Shown one piece after another: positions 1 through 9,927 of a stretch of DNA of 64,000 nucleotides (its first letter is position 1; each line of letters starts with the position of its first letter). Below the pieces are notes generated by a model. The model had not been told where the DNA came from and did not search any database. It saw only the letters and a list, made by a program, of their open reading frames with translations. The position numbers were made by a program, and so were the translations under genes. Source of the DNA: a virus (taxonomy: Duplodnaviria > Caudoviricetes); IMG/VR virus record IMGVR_UViG_3300032030_002802, positions 135,079-199,078 of that record. The stretch is one strand, 5' to 3'.

Positions 1-1972
1 TAATGCCGGCGTCGACGAGGGTCTGCGACATCTTCGTGGCGTAGTACGCCTCCGAGCCGCCGTTGCCGGCGTCCTGCAGCCGGTACTCGTTGTTGGTCGC
101 CGCCTGACGCGTCACGGCGTGGTCTATCACCTCGGTGTAGGCCGCCAGCGCCGGGTTGCGCGCGAACGCCTCCTTGGTCGCCGTGAACGCGGCGAGGGGC
201 TTCTTGCCCTCCTTGATGTGGCGGTTGTACTGCGCCCTGAACTCGCGCCCGAGGTGCAGGGCGTCCCCGTCTATGTCCTTGAGGGACGCCTCCACCGAAT
301 CGACCAGCCGCCCGACGTCGGCGTCGGACTGCCACGTGCGCATCCCCGAATCGCCGAGGAGCTGCTTCGAGAACTCGAGACGCTGCTGGGACGCCGTGAT
401 CTCGGCCCGCCTGCCCATCTCGGCGTCAGCGCCGCGTATCATCGTGCGCCAGGCGAACCCGCCGGCCTCGTCGTTCATGGACTGGCGCATGGCGTTCATC
501 TGCATCTGGTCGTTGACGAACCTGCGGCCGGCCTCGGCCGAGCCGAACACGGTCGTGAAGAGCCTGTTGAGCGTGGCGCCCATTATGCCGCGGTCGCCGC
601 TCGCGAGGGCCCCCTGCAGCTGCTGCGCCTCGCTGTCGGACACGATGCCCTGCTGGCGGGCGTACGCCAGCACCTGCGCCCCGCGCCCGGCCATCGAGTT
701 CATGTTACGCGACAGCGCCTGGCGGGACTGGTTGCGCAGCCTGTTCGCGAGCATCGGGTCGCCGCGCACGCCACGCGCAGTGATCATGTCCTCCACGTCG
801 GCCAGCAGCCCGACCTGCGCGTCCAGGCCGAACATGCCTCCCCCGTCGAAGCCGAGCGCGAGCATCGACTGGTCGAACCCGGCCGCGTTCTGCAGCACGC
901 CGCGGTTGGCGGCGAGGTTGCCCAGGGCCTCCGTGGACGACAGGTTGTTCGCCGCCGCGACCGACTGGAGCTTCCGCAGCGAGTCGCGCGCCGCGTAGGC
1001 CGCCTTCCCGCTCCGCAGCCAGTCGCCGTTCGTGAGCGCGTCCAGCTTGTCCTCGATGCCGTCCACCTCGTGCGTGAGGTCGCGCATCGCGGCCATCGCC
1101 TCGGTGACGCCCTTCATCCGGTGGCCGACCTCGCGGCCGATGTCCTGCATCTTCCTCGCGCCTTCCTTCGACAGGACGGAGTTCTTCCCGTTCGTGAAGT
1201 CGCCAAGGGCGAAGTCGAGGGCGGTAAGGTCGAGGCCGCCGGCCGCGTCGACCATGCGCTTGGCGAGCCCTCCGGACGTGAGCCCCTCCACGTCGGCGTA
1301 TGACGTGAACATGCCGCGCCCGGCGGCCTTCATCATCACGCCGGCCACCCGCTCCCGGTCGAAGCCCTGCGTCATGGCGAGGTTCGGCAGCAGCGTCATC
1401 TGCCCGTCCCTGGACTGGCTCATCAGCCCGTTCAGCAGCGACGAGAACGCCGACGCCGCGCCCATCGCCTGGTGCTGCTGGCCCACATTGGTGGGGTTCA
1501 GCAGGACGCCCGGCGACAGGAGGTTCATGCGCTGGCCGTACACGTTGTTCGCGGCGGCGATTATGCTGCCGCCGGTCAGGCCCATCCCCGCCATCCCGCT
1601 GTCCAGCAGCGGCATGAGCATCGACCCGAAGAACCCGTTTGCCGCGCTGGCGCCTCCGCCCGAGAGCATCCTCCGCATCTCGGACGGGGATACGCCGGCC
1701 ATGCTGCCGAGCTGCTGGACTATCTCCATGCCGCCAAGCGTGTTCCCTATCTGGCGGCCCAGCTGGCTGTACGTGTTCGCCGTCATCGTGCGGTACAACG
1801 CGCCGTTGACGTGCTTCGCCATCATCGCCTCGTACACGCTCTGGTTCGGCGCCACGTACGGGGCCGTCATGTCGCCGGTGACCGACGCCACGACGTCGCC
1901 GATGGTGTGCCGCAGGCCGTCCAGCCCGGGCGCTGTCCCGGGCACGGTGCTGTACATGGAGTTACCGGCCAT
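1..1972 (-). CDS. Probable tail tape measure protein, 5' part (runs off the window start)
   Basis: Not in the ORF track. ATG at 1972 with GGAGG RBS (1979-1983), open to position 1 (MAGNSMYSTVPG...). Ala/Gly/Met-rich helical sequence directly after the frameshifting chaperone pair. Confidence 0.7.
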   Translation of the reverse strand, partial: MAGNSMYSTVPGTAPGLDGLRHTIGDVVASVTGDMTAPYVAPNQSVYEAMMAKHVNGALYRTMTANTYSQLGRQIGNTLGGMEIVQQLGSMAGVSPSEMRRMLSGGGASAANGFFGSMLMPLLDSGMAGMGLTGGSIIAAANNVYGQRMNLLSPGVLLNPTNVGQQHQAMGAASAFSSLLNGLMSQSRDGQMTLLPNLAMTQGFDRERVAGVMMKAAGRGMFTSYADVEGLTSGGLAKRMVDAAGGLDLTALDFALGDFTNGKNSVLSKEGARKMQDIGREVGHRMKGVTEAMAAMRDLTHEVDGIEDKLDALTNGDWLRSGKAAYAARDSLRKLQSVAAANNLSSTEALGNLAANRGVLQNAAGFDQSMLALGFDGGGMFGLDAQVGLLADVEDMITARGVRGDPMLANRLRNQSRQALSRNMNSMAGRGAQVLAYARQQGIVSDSEAQQLQGALASGDRGIMGATLNRLFTTVFGSAEAGRRFVNDQMQMNAMRQSMNDEAGGFAWRTMIRGADAEMGRRAEITASQQRLEFSKQLLGDSGMRTWQSDADVGRLVDSVEASLKDIDGDALHLGREFRAQYNRHIKEGKKPLAAFTATKEAFARNPALAAYTEVIDHAVTRQAATNNEYRLQDAGNGGSEAYYATKMSQTLVDAGI

Positions 1973-2354
1973 CGCCAGCCTCCTTTGCGTCGCCCTTGCC
2001 GCCAGCGGCCTCCTTGTTCACCCTGCGCCACTCCTCCACGAGCTCCTCGGTCGAGCCATGCGACGCCTTGCGCGTCACGGCGCGGAAATACGGTAGCACC
2101 TCGAGGGCGTCGACGTACATCTCGTGTACCTGGTCGTTCCCGCTGTCGAGCTTCGCGCTTGGGTTGCCGTACAGCGAAGCCAGCATCACGGCGTGCATGA
2201 GCCTGGCGTCGAACATCTTCTCAGACTCGACGACGCCGTACCACAGCGACTCCGAGATGCCGGAGTGCAGGTACGCGCGGCTCAGGGCGCCCGTGTCACG
2301 GCCCCGCAGGCGTGTGGCGATCCCTAGATAGACGCTGCGGGATTCCAAAAATTT
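1962..2354 (-). CDS. Tail assembly chaperone, C-terminal (GT-like) extension reached by -1 frameshift
   Basis: The -1 frame from the A AAT TTT site (2354-2348) reads KFLESRSVYLGIATRLRG... to the stop at 1962, overlapping the tape-measure start. Confidence 0.7.
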   Translation of the reverse strand, partial: KFLESRSVYLGIATRLRGRDTGALSRAYLHSGISESLWYGVVESEKMFDARLMHAVMLASLYGNPSAKLDSGNDQVHEMYVDALEVLPYFRAVTRKASHGSTEELVEEWRRVNKEAAGGKGDAKEAGDGR

Positions 2355-3058
2355 TGATTTGACGCGTCCATTATCATGGCCCAGTACCTCCTCTCGAACA
2401 GGTTGAGCTCGGCATGCAGCGCCGTCACAAGCGCCTCCGGGCGTTCGCCCCAGGCGTTCGCCGCCTTGACCCACGCCGGAGCCTCCACCTCCCCGCCGTC
2501 GGCGGAGCGCATCGGGCCGTACGGGGCGGCAAACTCCGGGAAGTCCTCGGAGATGATGCCGCGCAGGCTCTTTACCTGGGCCGCCAGGAGCGCGTTGCGC
2601 ATCATCGTGAGGTACTCGACGCGCACCTCGACCTGCTTGGAGTTGATGCAGTGCGTGAGCCACGCGATGATCCCGTCGCTCTCGGCTATCTTCCTGCAGC
2701 GGAACACGCCTTTCAGCTTCCCGCCGAACAGCGAGAACGGACGTTCGTACCGGCCGCCGGTCACGAGCGCCTGGAGAAACGCCTCGCGGTCCTCCTCGCT
2801 TATGTCGATCTTGTCCTCGATGAAACTCGTGGCCAGGCCGCGGTGCATGTCCGACGCCCCGCCGGCGTCGGAGAACACGTCCTTCTTGGCCTCCTCAGGG
2901 ACGGGCGCCTCGACCGTCCCCTTCGTCGGCTCGGCAGGCCCCTGTGACCCGCCGTTGCCGGAACCGGCGTTTGCCAGGTCTGCGCCGGTCACCTTGACTG
3001 CGCCGACCTTGCCGGCGGCGAAATCCCGCATTTTCTCCTTCAGGCTCTCTGCTGACAT
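2324..3058 (-). CDS. Tail assembly chaperone (G-like), 244 aa
   Basis: ATG at 3058 with AGGAG RBS. Lies between tail genes and tape measure and ends ...NQNFWNPAASI* across a slippery heptamer. Confidence 0.65.
   Translation of the reverse strand: MSAESLKEKMRDFAAGKVGAVKVTGADLANAGSGNGGSQGPAEPTKGTVEAPVPEEAKKDVFSDAGGASDMHRGLATSFIEDKIDISEEDREAFLQALVTGGRYERPFSLFGGKLKGVFRCRKIAESDGIIAWLTHCINSKQVEVRVEYLTMMRNALLAAQVKSLRGIISEDFPEFAAPYGPMRSADGGEVEAPAWVKAANAWGERPEALVTALHAELNLFERRYWAMIMDASNQNFWNPAASI
2348..2354 (-). promoter_or_regulatory. -1 ribosomal frameshift slippery heptamer A AAT TTT
   Basis: CAA AAT TTT TGG in frame; X XXY YYZ pattern; AT-rich island in GC-rich DNA; the -1 frame is open downstream. 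Confidence 0.75.
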
Positions 3059-3069
3059 AATCTGTCTCC

Positions 3070-5556
3070 TTAAGTTCGCTTGCGTATATGATACGACGAA
3101 AACGCCTCCGCTGTCAACCCCGTTTCGCCGGATTTCACGCTCTCCAGCCCCTGCCTGGTCACGTTTCTCTCGCGATACGTGAAGTAGCTCTTCTGCTCCA
3201 TGGCCTCCTTGCCCGGCCACGGGAACTCGCCGTCCGCGTCCTCCCCCTCGTCCCACTCCTGCAGCCGGCACTTGTCAAGCAGCGGGCGCCTGGCCGCCGC
3301 AAGCATCGCCCACGACGGCTGGTACACGCTGAACACGCCGCCGGCCAGCCCTGCGCTGCCGTCCGTGCCGTACTGCTTCGTCGTGCGGAACTTGAAATCC
3401 ACCCGCGATACGACGCTCGCCGGAAGACGGAGCCAGGACAAATCGTCGACATAGCGCTGGGTCTGGTCCTTGCACATGGCGACCATGGACGAGTACATGC
3501 TCTCCACGTCGACCGGAATGCCGAGCATCATGTGGTTCCCGGCCACGTCGGAGGCGCTCTGGCCTCCGACCGTCAGCACTGACGGGGCGACCAGGGTAGC
3601 GCTCTGGCCGTCGATGACGATGCCGCTCGTGCCCTGGGCGGTCGCGACGACATTGTCCGTGGCCACGGCCGAAACCTGCCGCCCGACGAACACCACGCTT
3701 CCGCTCGGCTTGTCCTCCTTGAGAGACGCTACGCTCACGCCTTCCGAGCCCTGGATCTCGGCCCGGCGCCCGGCCACCGCGACCGTCGACGAGTCGGCCT
3801 TGATGACGACGCCGCCGCTCTCCAGGTCCTCGCCGGACTTGTCCCACGCGGACGGGTCCGCGTCTTTCCTGGACTTGCTCTGTATGAGCACGCCGCGCTT
3901 CATCGACACGACCTGCAGGTTGTTCTCCGCCTTCACGCGGACGTCCTTCTTCGTCGCGCTGAGGTCCATGCTGTTGTACGCCTTCACCACCACGTCGTCG
4001 CCGCCCATGACCACGACGGTGGACCCCGAACGCACCTCGATGTTGGCCGCCGCGTTGAACGTGATGCGGCCGTCGGCCATGATGATCTCCGAACCCCATG
4101 CGTCGCGCAGCACTATGCCGCCGTTCGGGGTCAGCCCGATGTACGAATGGCGGAGGTCGTATTCCTTGTACCGCTCGCTGGCGTTGCCGAGCCTGTCGTA
4201 GTCGTCCTCGGGCGTCTTCAGGTCCTCCTGCCCCGGGACCGCGAAATCCCTGTCAAACTGGATGAACCGCGCGTACGCCTGGCTGTTCCACCAAGCCGCC
4301 GCGTCCCCTAGCGTAAGGCCGATGCCCATCGGCGGGTCGTCCTTGACCTTGAACGGCCTCTTCGGCTTCGGGGAGCCCGCGTCAGTGTTGCCGGCCGGAT
4401 CCCATGCGTAGTGCCTGCGCTTCGGGACGGGTATCCGGTCGTACCGCTCGAAGAGTATGCCGGCCGCGCTCCGCACCGTGAGACGGCCTGAGCTGTCGAC
4501 GTGGTAGTGCAGCAGCCCGCGATCTACGCCGGGCGACGCCATCTCCTCGATCGCCTTGGATGGGTCCGGACTGGCCACGAACACGTTCACGATGTCGCCG
4601 AGATACCCGGTGTACCGGTAGAGGCGCTTCTTGGCCGTCTGCGACGGACGGGCCTGCTCGATCCCGGAACGCCGCTCCTGCGCCGAGAGCGGCTGGACCG
4701 GCGACCACTTGAACGCCGCGTCGCCAGTCTTCCGCACCCCGAGCCGCTCGGGGTGGTACATCGACACGAAGCTCTCGACCGTCAAGTACCCGCAGTCGTT
4801 GAATATCTCGTCGCCGCCCGCTGCGCTGATGTGCCGGAAATGGCCGGACGTGACGCGCACCTGGTTGTCAAGCGCGCTGCACCTGATGCTGGCCATCTCT
4901 GACCCCTTGACTGTAGTCGACACCGCCCCGATCACAAGCCCAGCGCCGGCGTGGTTCAGCAGCGCGTACTCGCCGGGGACGATGTCGTGCGGACGACCGC
5001 CCTGAAACTCGCCGCGGTAGGGGTATTCGGAGTCGGACGCGATCGCCGACGGCCCGGCTTCCGTGAACTGGGCGACGCCGCCCTCCGGAAACTCGGTGTC
5101 CGCCACCTTCGACACGGGGCCGTCCCCGGAGGCGTATCCGTGCGGCGTCGCGTCGGGTATCACACCGAGGATGACGCCGCGCATCGGGCGTCCCTGGGTC
5201 AGCCCGGCCGGCTCCACGCAGACCAGCACCGACGAGCCGGGCGCCGGCATGCAGGCCTGCGACACTCCGTAGGTGTCGCTGAGCACGGGCGCCAGCGTAG
5301 AGCAGACGACGGTGCACCTGCCGCCGTCGACGCTCACCTCGCAGTCGTACGAGCCTATGCCGGAACGAACGACAGAACCCCGCACGATCTGCGGGATTCT
5401 GTCTAGGCCGGCCAGTCGGTCGCAGGTCGGATCAGCCGCCGTCGACGGCGCTCCGCCGAATCCGCGGAACTTGGCTGCCACCTTCCTGACCAGCCCGACT
5501 ACCTGCCGGATCGCGCCGAACGGTGCTTCCGACGTCGGGTGGAACAGGGAACCCAT
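3070..5556 (-). CDS. Baseplate hub/spike protein (gp5/VgrG-like), 828 aa
   Basis: N-terminal OB-fold-like segment (MPAPGSSVLV...GVILGVI) and beta-helix-like repeats (GIVLRDAWGSEIIMADGRITFNAAANIEVRSG...). Confidence 0.6.
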   Translation of the reverse strand: MGSLFHPTSEAPFGAIRQVVGLVRKVAAKFRGFGGAPSTAADPTCDRLAGLDRIPQIVRGSVVRSGIGSYDCEVSVDGGRCTVVCSTLAPVLSDTYGVSQACMPAPGSSVLVCVEPAGLTQGRPMRGVILGVIPDATPHGYASGDGPVSKVADTEFPEGGVAQFTEAGPSAIASDSEYPYRGEFQGGRPHDIVPGEYALLNHAGAGLVIGAVSTTVKGSEMASIRCSALDNQVRVTSGHFRHISAAGGDEIFNDCGYLTVESFVSMYHPERLGVRKTGDAAFKWSPVQPLSAQERRSGIEQARPSQTAKKRLYRYTGYLGDIVNVFVASPDPSKAIEEMASPGVDRGLLHYHVDSSGRLTVRSAAGILFERYDRIPVPKRRHYAWDPAGNTDAGSPKPKRPFKVKDDPPMGIGLTLGDAAAWWNSQAYARFIQFDRDFAVPGQEDLKTPEDDYDRLGNASERYKEYDLRHSYIGLTPNGGIVLRDAWGSEIIMADGRITFNAAANIEVRSGSTVVVMGGDDVVVKAYNSMDLSATKKDVRVKAENNLQVVSMKRGVLIQSKSRKDADPSAWDKSGEDLESGGVVIKADSSTVAVAGRRAEIQGSEGVSVASLKEDKPSGSVVFVGRQVSAVATDNVVATAQGTSGIVIDGQSATLVAPSVLTVGGQSASDVAGNHMMLGIPVDVESMYSSMVAMCKDQTQRYVDDLSWLRLPASVVSRVDFKFRTTKQYGTDGSAGLAGGVFSVYQPSWAMLAAARRPLLDKCRLQEWDEGEDADGEFPWPGKEAMEQKSYFTYRERNVTRQGLESVKSGETGLTAEAFSSYHIRKRT
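3088..3117 (-). promoter_or_regulatory. sigma70-like promoter TTGACA-N18-TATCAT
   Basis: Perfect -35, inside the 3' end of the spike gene, 30 bp upstream of the chaperone start. Confidence 0.6.
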
Positions 5557-5557
5557 G

Positions 5558-5986
5558 TTAGCCAGCCGACATCGACGAGAACTGGAACGTCAGCGACTCC
5601 GACACGGTCGGGTTTCCGGCCTGCGAGCTGAACCCGATGCTCGTGCATACGGCGCCGATGCAGGACAGGCTGACCTCTCCGCCGGAGCACGCCCCGGACG
5701 CGTTCGAGATCACGACGGTCGTGCCGGTGTCGCAGATGCCGCTGGTCATCGTGAGGAAGCTCGTCCCGACGATGCGGCCGATCGTGCCGTTGCCGACGGG
5801 GTTGCTCTTCGCCCAGAACAGGCGGCTGGAGCCTACCTCGTAGATGGGCTGGATGTTCTGCTGGTACTGGATCTGCCAGTTCTGGATGAGGTCGACACCG
5901 TCCACGCCCACGATCGTGAGCCGGCTCCTGTCGGCGACGAACACGTCCGACGCGCCGCCGCGGTTGTATCCGAATATGTCTGCCAT
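5558..5986 (-). CDS. Tail tube protein, 142 aa
   Basis: Follows the sheath; size and motif (LIQNWQIQYQQNIQPIYEVGS) fit contractile tail tubes. Confidence 0.7.
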   Translation of the reverse strand: MADIFGYNRGGASDVFVADRSRLTIVGVDGVDLIQNWQIQYQQNIQPIYEVGSSRLFWAKSNPVGNGTIGRIVGTSFLTMTSGICDTGTTVVISNASGACSGGEVSLSCIGAVCTSIGFSSQAGNPTVSESLTFQFSSMSAG

Positions 5987-6000
5987 AGTTTTACTCCCGG

Positions 6001-8277
6001 TTAGATGACCTGCAGGTGGAGGTCAAAGTTGTTGAACGGTTCGGGCAGGTTGAGCGCCACGTCCGCGTACGCCTTGTCCTGCTCGTTCGGATCGCGGTAC
6101 AGCGAGCGGATCTCCGTGCCGTCCGCGATGACCTGCGGCCCGATGAGGCGGTCGGCCTCGGACGTCTTCTCGAGAAACGCAAGGCCGTCCTCGAGGATGC
6201 CGCGGATCTCCGTCAGGAGGTCGTCGGTGATGTTGTAGCGCCCGATGTACGGGGCGAAGCGTCCGGCGAAGTAGTAGCTGATGCTGTCGAGGTTCTTCAC
6301 CAGGCTCAGCTCCGTCGAGTTGACGTCACCCTGGGCGTACGCCGTGGAGATCTGGTGGCGGACGTAGACGGTCCCGCCGGGCTTGTCCTGCATGAGGATG
6401 AGCGTGCCGCCGGCCGCGATCGCGTTGAGCTCCTCGCGGCTGAACTGGCTGTACACGTCCGGGAGGTCGGAGAAGCCCTTGACCTCCACGTTCGTGATCG
6501 GCTGCTGCGGAAGCACCGAGCAGGAGAGCGCGCAGACCGCGGCCGCCGCGTACATGCCGGAGACGTAGTTCCCGTCGCTCGCGCGCAGCGTGTTCGGGAA
6601 CACGTTGTACGCGCGGCGGTCCTTGTACGACCGCGACGTGTTGGCGATGGCCTCGACGTACTCGCGCTGGGTGCGCGTGTGCAGGATGGTGAACCGGCAG
6701 GGGCTGGTGGCGCCCGCCACGGTGTCTTTGAGCGTCAGCTGCGTGTCGGCGTCGACCGTGTCGACGGTGGTGGCGACGACGGCCCCGGTAGACGTGGTGA
6801 CGAACACGGCGTCGCCGGGACGGACGGTGTCAGTGAATCCGGCGACAGTGCTGGTCTTCGTGGAGTCGCTGGCCGAGTAGCACGTCAGCGTCTTGCCGCT
6901 GACCTTGCAGACCTCGGGGACTCCGTACGTGTTCGGGGTGATGTCGACCTCCCTGAGCGTCGGCTCGCTGAAGATCGCGATGCGCCAGCTCTTCTCCTCC
7001 GGAACAGAGAGGCGCTTGCAGTCCTCGACGATGGCGTCGATTATGGCATGGTCCTCAGTGAGCGGGCAGAAGGCGTAGACGTCGGTGGTGATGGACGCGC
7101 GCTCGAGCGCCTTGGCGTATCCTGCGTAGTCGTCGCTCACGACGCCTATGTAGCGGATGCGCTTGCGGGCCGAGTTGAGCAGCATGACGTGCGCCGCGTA
7201 GGCGAGCGGGTTGTCCTTGTCGACCGCGCCGAGCTCGCTGACTATCTCGCGCTCCGAGCCGAGCTCGTACACGGCATCGGTGTGGTCCGTGCGGAAGTTG
7301 CGCTGGTTGAGGTACGCCTCTCCGCTGGAGATTGAGCACTGGACGCCGAGCACGACCTCGGCCTTGGCGTCGTCCGCGACTGTAACGCCAGTGTCGCCGA
7401 CTGTGAGGGACGTGCCGAGCACGTCGATGGCGTCGAAATGGCGGACGAAGTAACACTGCTTGTTGGCCGGGACGAAATCGGCGGTCACGACCGTGTCGCG
7501 CGAGTACGACTCCGTGAGCTTGAGGGCGAGCACGTACGTGCCGTTGGCCGGGACCGAGGCCACCGTAGCGGTGACGCCGGCGCCTATGTCGAGAGACGTG
7601 TTCACGGCAAGGCTCTGCGGAGTGCCGTGGCTCATTTCAGGCACGTCTGAGGAGGACCATGTGGCCTTGCCGTCCGCAACCGTAATGGTCACGCGGGCGT
7701 CCTTCTCGCCGGTGTAGCCGGTGGGGGTCACGGTAAGCCAGGTGACGAGGGCGCCGCTCTTGTTCCTGACCTCGGGGGTGACCTCGCCGGACTTGGCCGT
7801 GCCGATGCTGATCTCGCGGATCCTCGCGTACTTCTTCTTGCCGCCATCGCCGTCATAGGCGACATAGTCGCCGACCTGGATGGAGACGGACCCGAACAGC
7901 TCTTCCGGATCGTCGCTGACCAGAGACTTGCTGTCGCCGAGCGAGAACTCGAGCTTCGTGCTCTTAGTCTTGTCGGAGCCCACGAGCGTCGGCGTCGAGC
8001 GGCTAGAGATGCTGACGTACGCGTCCACCATCGTGACGCCGCCCCACGTCCTGTCGGGCTCGGAACCGGCGTAGCCGCCGGCCCACAACAGCGTCGTCGC
8101 CGCGCCGGCCTCGTACGTGCCATGGCGGCAAAGGTCGCGCTCGTCCTTGTTGGCGTAGCGGATGAGCTGGTAGTTGGGGCCGATGAGGAATGCGTTCAGG
8201 TTCTGCGTGACCGCGCTCGGCGCCCGCAGGAACTCCTGAAAGACCCTGACCTGAGGAAGGGTATAGCTGTCTGCCAT
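6001..8277 (-). CDS. Tail sheath protein, 758 aa
   Basis: N-terminal YTLPQVRVFQE; C-terminal sheath domain (GGTLILMQ...VRHQIST...ELSLVKNLDSISY...LNLPEPFNNFDLHL). Confidence 0.85.
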   Translation of the reverse strand: MADSYTLPQVRVFQEFLRAPSAVTQNLNAFLIGPNYQLIRYANKDERDLCRHGTYEAGAATTLLWAGGYAGSEPDRTWGGVTMVDAYVSISSRSTPTLVGSDKTKSTKLEFSLGDSKSLVSDDPEELFGSVSIQVGDYVAYDGDGGKKKYARIREISIGTAKSGEVTPEVRNKSGALVTWLTVTPTGYTGEKDARVTITVADGKATWSSSDVPEMSHGTPQSLAVNTSLDIGAGVTATVASVPANGTYVLALKLTESYSRDTVVTADFVPANKQCYFVRHFDAIDVLGTSLTVGDTGVTVADDAKAEVVLGVQCSISSGEAYLNQRNFRTDHTDAVYELGSEREIVSELGAVDKDNPLAYAAHVMLLNSARKRIRYIGVVSDDYAGYAKALERASITTDVYAFCPLTEDHAIIDAIVEDCKRLSVPEEKSWRIAIFSEPTLREVDITPNTYGVPEVCKVSGKTLTCYSASDSTKTSTVAGFTDTVRPGDAVFVTTSTGAVVATTVDTVDADTQLTLKDTVAGATSPCRFTILHTRTQREYVEAIANTSRSYKDRRAYNVFPNTLRASDGNYVSGMYAAAAVCALSCSVLPQQPITNVEVKGFSDLPDVYSQFSREELNAIAAGGTLILMQDKPGGTVYVRHQISTAYAQGDVNSTELSLVKNLDSISYYFAGRFAPYIGRYNITDDLLTEIRGILEDGLAFLEKTSEADRLIGPQVIADGTEIRSLYRDPNEQDKAYADVALNLPEPFNNFDLHLQVI

Positions 8278-8314
8278 AGTTGCTCCTTTTCTTGCTGGTT
8301 ACTTCACATGCGAT

Positions 8315-8343
8315 ATGATACCACAAACGCCGAACTGCGGCAA
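8315..8343 (-). promoter_or_regulatory. sigma70-like promoter TTGCCG-N17-TATCAT with extended TG
   Basis: Intergenic, upstream of the sheath RBS AAGGAG. Confidence 0.6.
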
Positions 8344-8363
8344 TAGGTACCATCTGTTTTTGT

Positions 8364-9113
8364 TTACGTTACCCGCCGCGTCAGCCCCGGCGGCAGGCCG
8401 AGGCCGTCGTCAGGCGGCCTGAAATCCCAGTAGTCCCCCACCTCCAGGCGCCTGCGCACCGCTCCCGAGGTGCGTACAACAAGCTGCCTGAGCTTCGGGG
8501 TCTCCATCTTGAGCGACCACGAATCCGTGAACCGGAAGTCGTAGGCCACCACGGACCCGTACTTCTCGTTCGAGTCCTTGCCCATCGCGTGCATCGGCTC
8601 GCGCGACGCCAGCTTGAACCAGTCGAAGCAGAAGTCGTCGGTGATGACAGGCGAGAACGCGTCGAGGTAGTCGAGCGTCGCGTCCGCGAGTGAGCACGCC
8701 TCCCCGGCCGTGGCGCCGACGTGCACGAACGACACCTGGCCGGCGCCTGTGCGGGCGTAGTGGTACTCGGCCTCCTGTATGTCCCTGCGGACGAGGCCGG
8801 TCGTGTTGCCCGTGATGGTGCCGTACTGTATCGGCGAGAGCTTGACGTAGATGGCAGGGCGGAACTCCGGGTGAGTCGCCTCCCACCTGAGCTCTGTGTC
8901 TATCCAGACCGTCGTCTTGTCGGGATCCTTGTCCCACCTGACGTCGGGCGTGCCGAACAGCCTCTCCTCGGGAGTGCCTCCCCAGAACTGCTGCACGAGC
9001 TCCGTGAAGATCCCGTACAGCACCGTAGGCGTCTTGCGCAGCTGGCAGATCAGCTCGTTCCCCGCAAGCGCGTGGAACGGCTGTATCTCCCTGTCTGGGA
9101 CGTCGTTCAGCAT
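8364..9113 (-). CDS. Probable tail terminator/neck protein, 249 aa
   Basis: Lies immediately upstream of the sheath; RPAIYVK motif and beta-rich pattern. Confidence 0.5.
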   Translation of the reverse strand: MLNDVPDREIQPFHALAGNELICQLRKTPTVLYGIFTELVQQFWGGTPEERLFGTPDVRWDKDPDKTTVWIDTELRWEATHPEFRPAIYVKLSPIQYGTITGNTTGLVRRDIQEAEYHYARTGAGQVSFVHVGATAGEACSLADATLDYLDAFSPVITDDFCFDWFKLASREPMHAMGKDSNEKYGSVVAYDFRFTDSWSLKMETPKLRQLVVRTSGAVRRRLEVGDYWDFRPPDDGLGLPPGLTRRVT

Positions 9114-9114
9114 G

Positions 9115-9918
9115 TCAGGCCACCTCCCGCTTCACGAGGTCGTAGCACTGGTCCGTCGTCGCGGCCTCGCTCACCGAGAGCTGCTGCACGATCGGTATGC
9201 GGCGCATCTCGGCGGCGGACTCGACGGTCTGGACGTAGTACATCTTGCCGGTGCGCACGTCGCGGATCACGTCGTTCTTCTTGAGGCGGGGAGTGCCGAC
9301 GGCCCGCACCGCAAGATGCACGTCGTCCTTCGTCCCGCCCACCTCGTCGTGCGACATGCCGTGCTGCCTCTGCGAGAAGCTGAACCACATGTCGAACGGC
9401 CCGTAGTGGCTCGGGTAGAAACCGGTACCGTGGCACTTGCGGCAGTGCGAGTTGCGCACCTGCTTGGTGATCGGGTCGAGGCAGTCGGGGCACTTCGTGC
9501 CGTACTCGGCCGAAATCCACACCTGGCCCCGCACTCCGGACATCATCCTGGCGTTGAGCTCCTCCTTGCGGAGGATCTCGCGGGCTATGAGGAACTCGCG
9601 GAGGGTCAAGTCGCCTATCGGCAGCACCGGCTCGGAGAAATGCTCCCGCCCGTCGCCGTCGACCAGCATGACCCGGTAATTGCGCGCCGCGGTCTTCCCG
9701 ACCGGCTTGCGCACGTCAGCCCAGTAGTACGTGTCGGCCAGAGGCCCGGAGATGGACTCCCACGGGCCGTCAGGTGTGGGGGCCATCTGGACCGTGAACG
9801 TAAACGGTCCGGGCGCGGAGAACGAGTCGTTGAGACGCCATCGGAACACGAACCCCTGCCCGTGGTAGGGCAGGATCTCAAGCTCTGATATCGGGATGTC
9901 CTCGTACTCGAACGACAT
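9115..9918 (-). CDS. Probable head completion/closure protein with FN3-like N-terminus and Zn-ribbon, 267 aa
   Basis: CPDC...CRKCHGTGF; neck position. Confidence 0.45.
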   Translation of the reverse strand: MSFEYEDIPISELEILPYHGQGFVFRWRLNDSFSAPGPFTFTVQMAPTPDGPWESISGPLADTYYWADVRKPVGKTAARNYRVMLVDGDGREHFSEPVLPIGDLTLREFLIAREILRKEELNARMMSGVRGQVWISAEYGTKCPDCLDPITKQVRNSHCRKCHGTGFYPSHYGPFDMWFSFSQRQHGMSHDEVGGTKDDVHLAVRAVGTPRLKKNDVIRDVRTGKMYYVQTVESAAEMRRIPIVQQLSVSEAATTDQCYDLVKREVA

Positions 9919-9927
9919 TGCCGCGCC

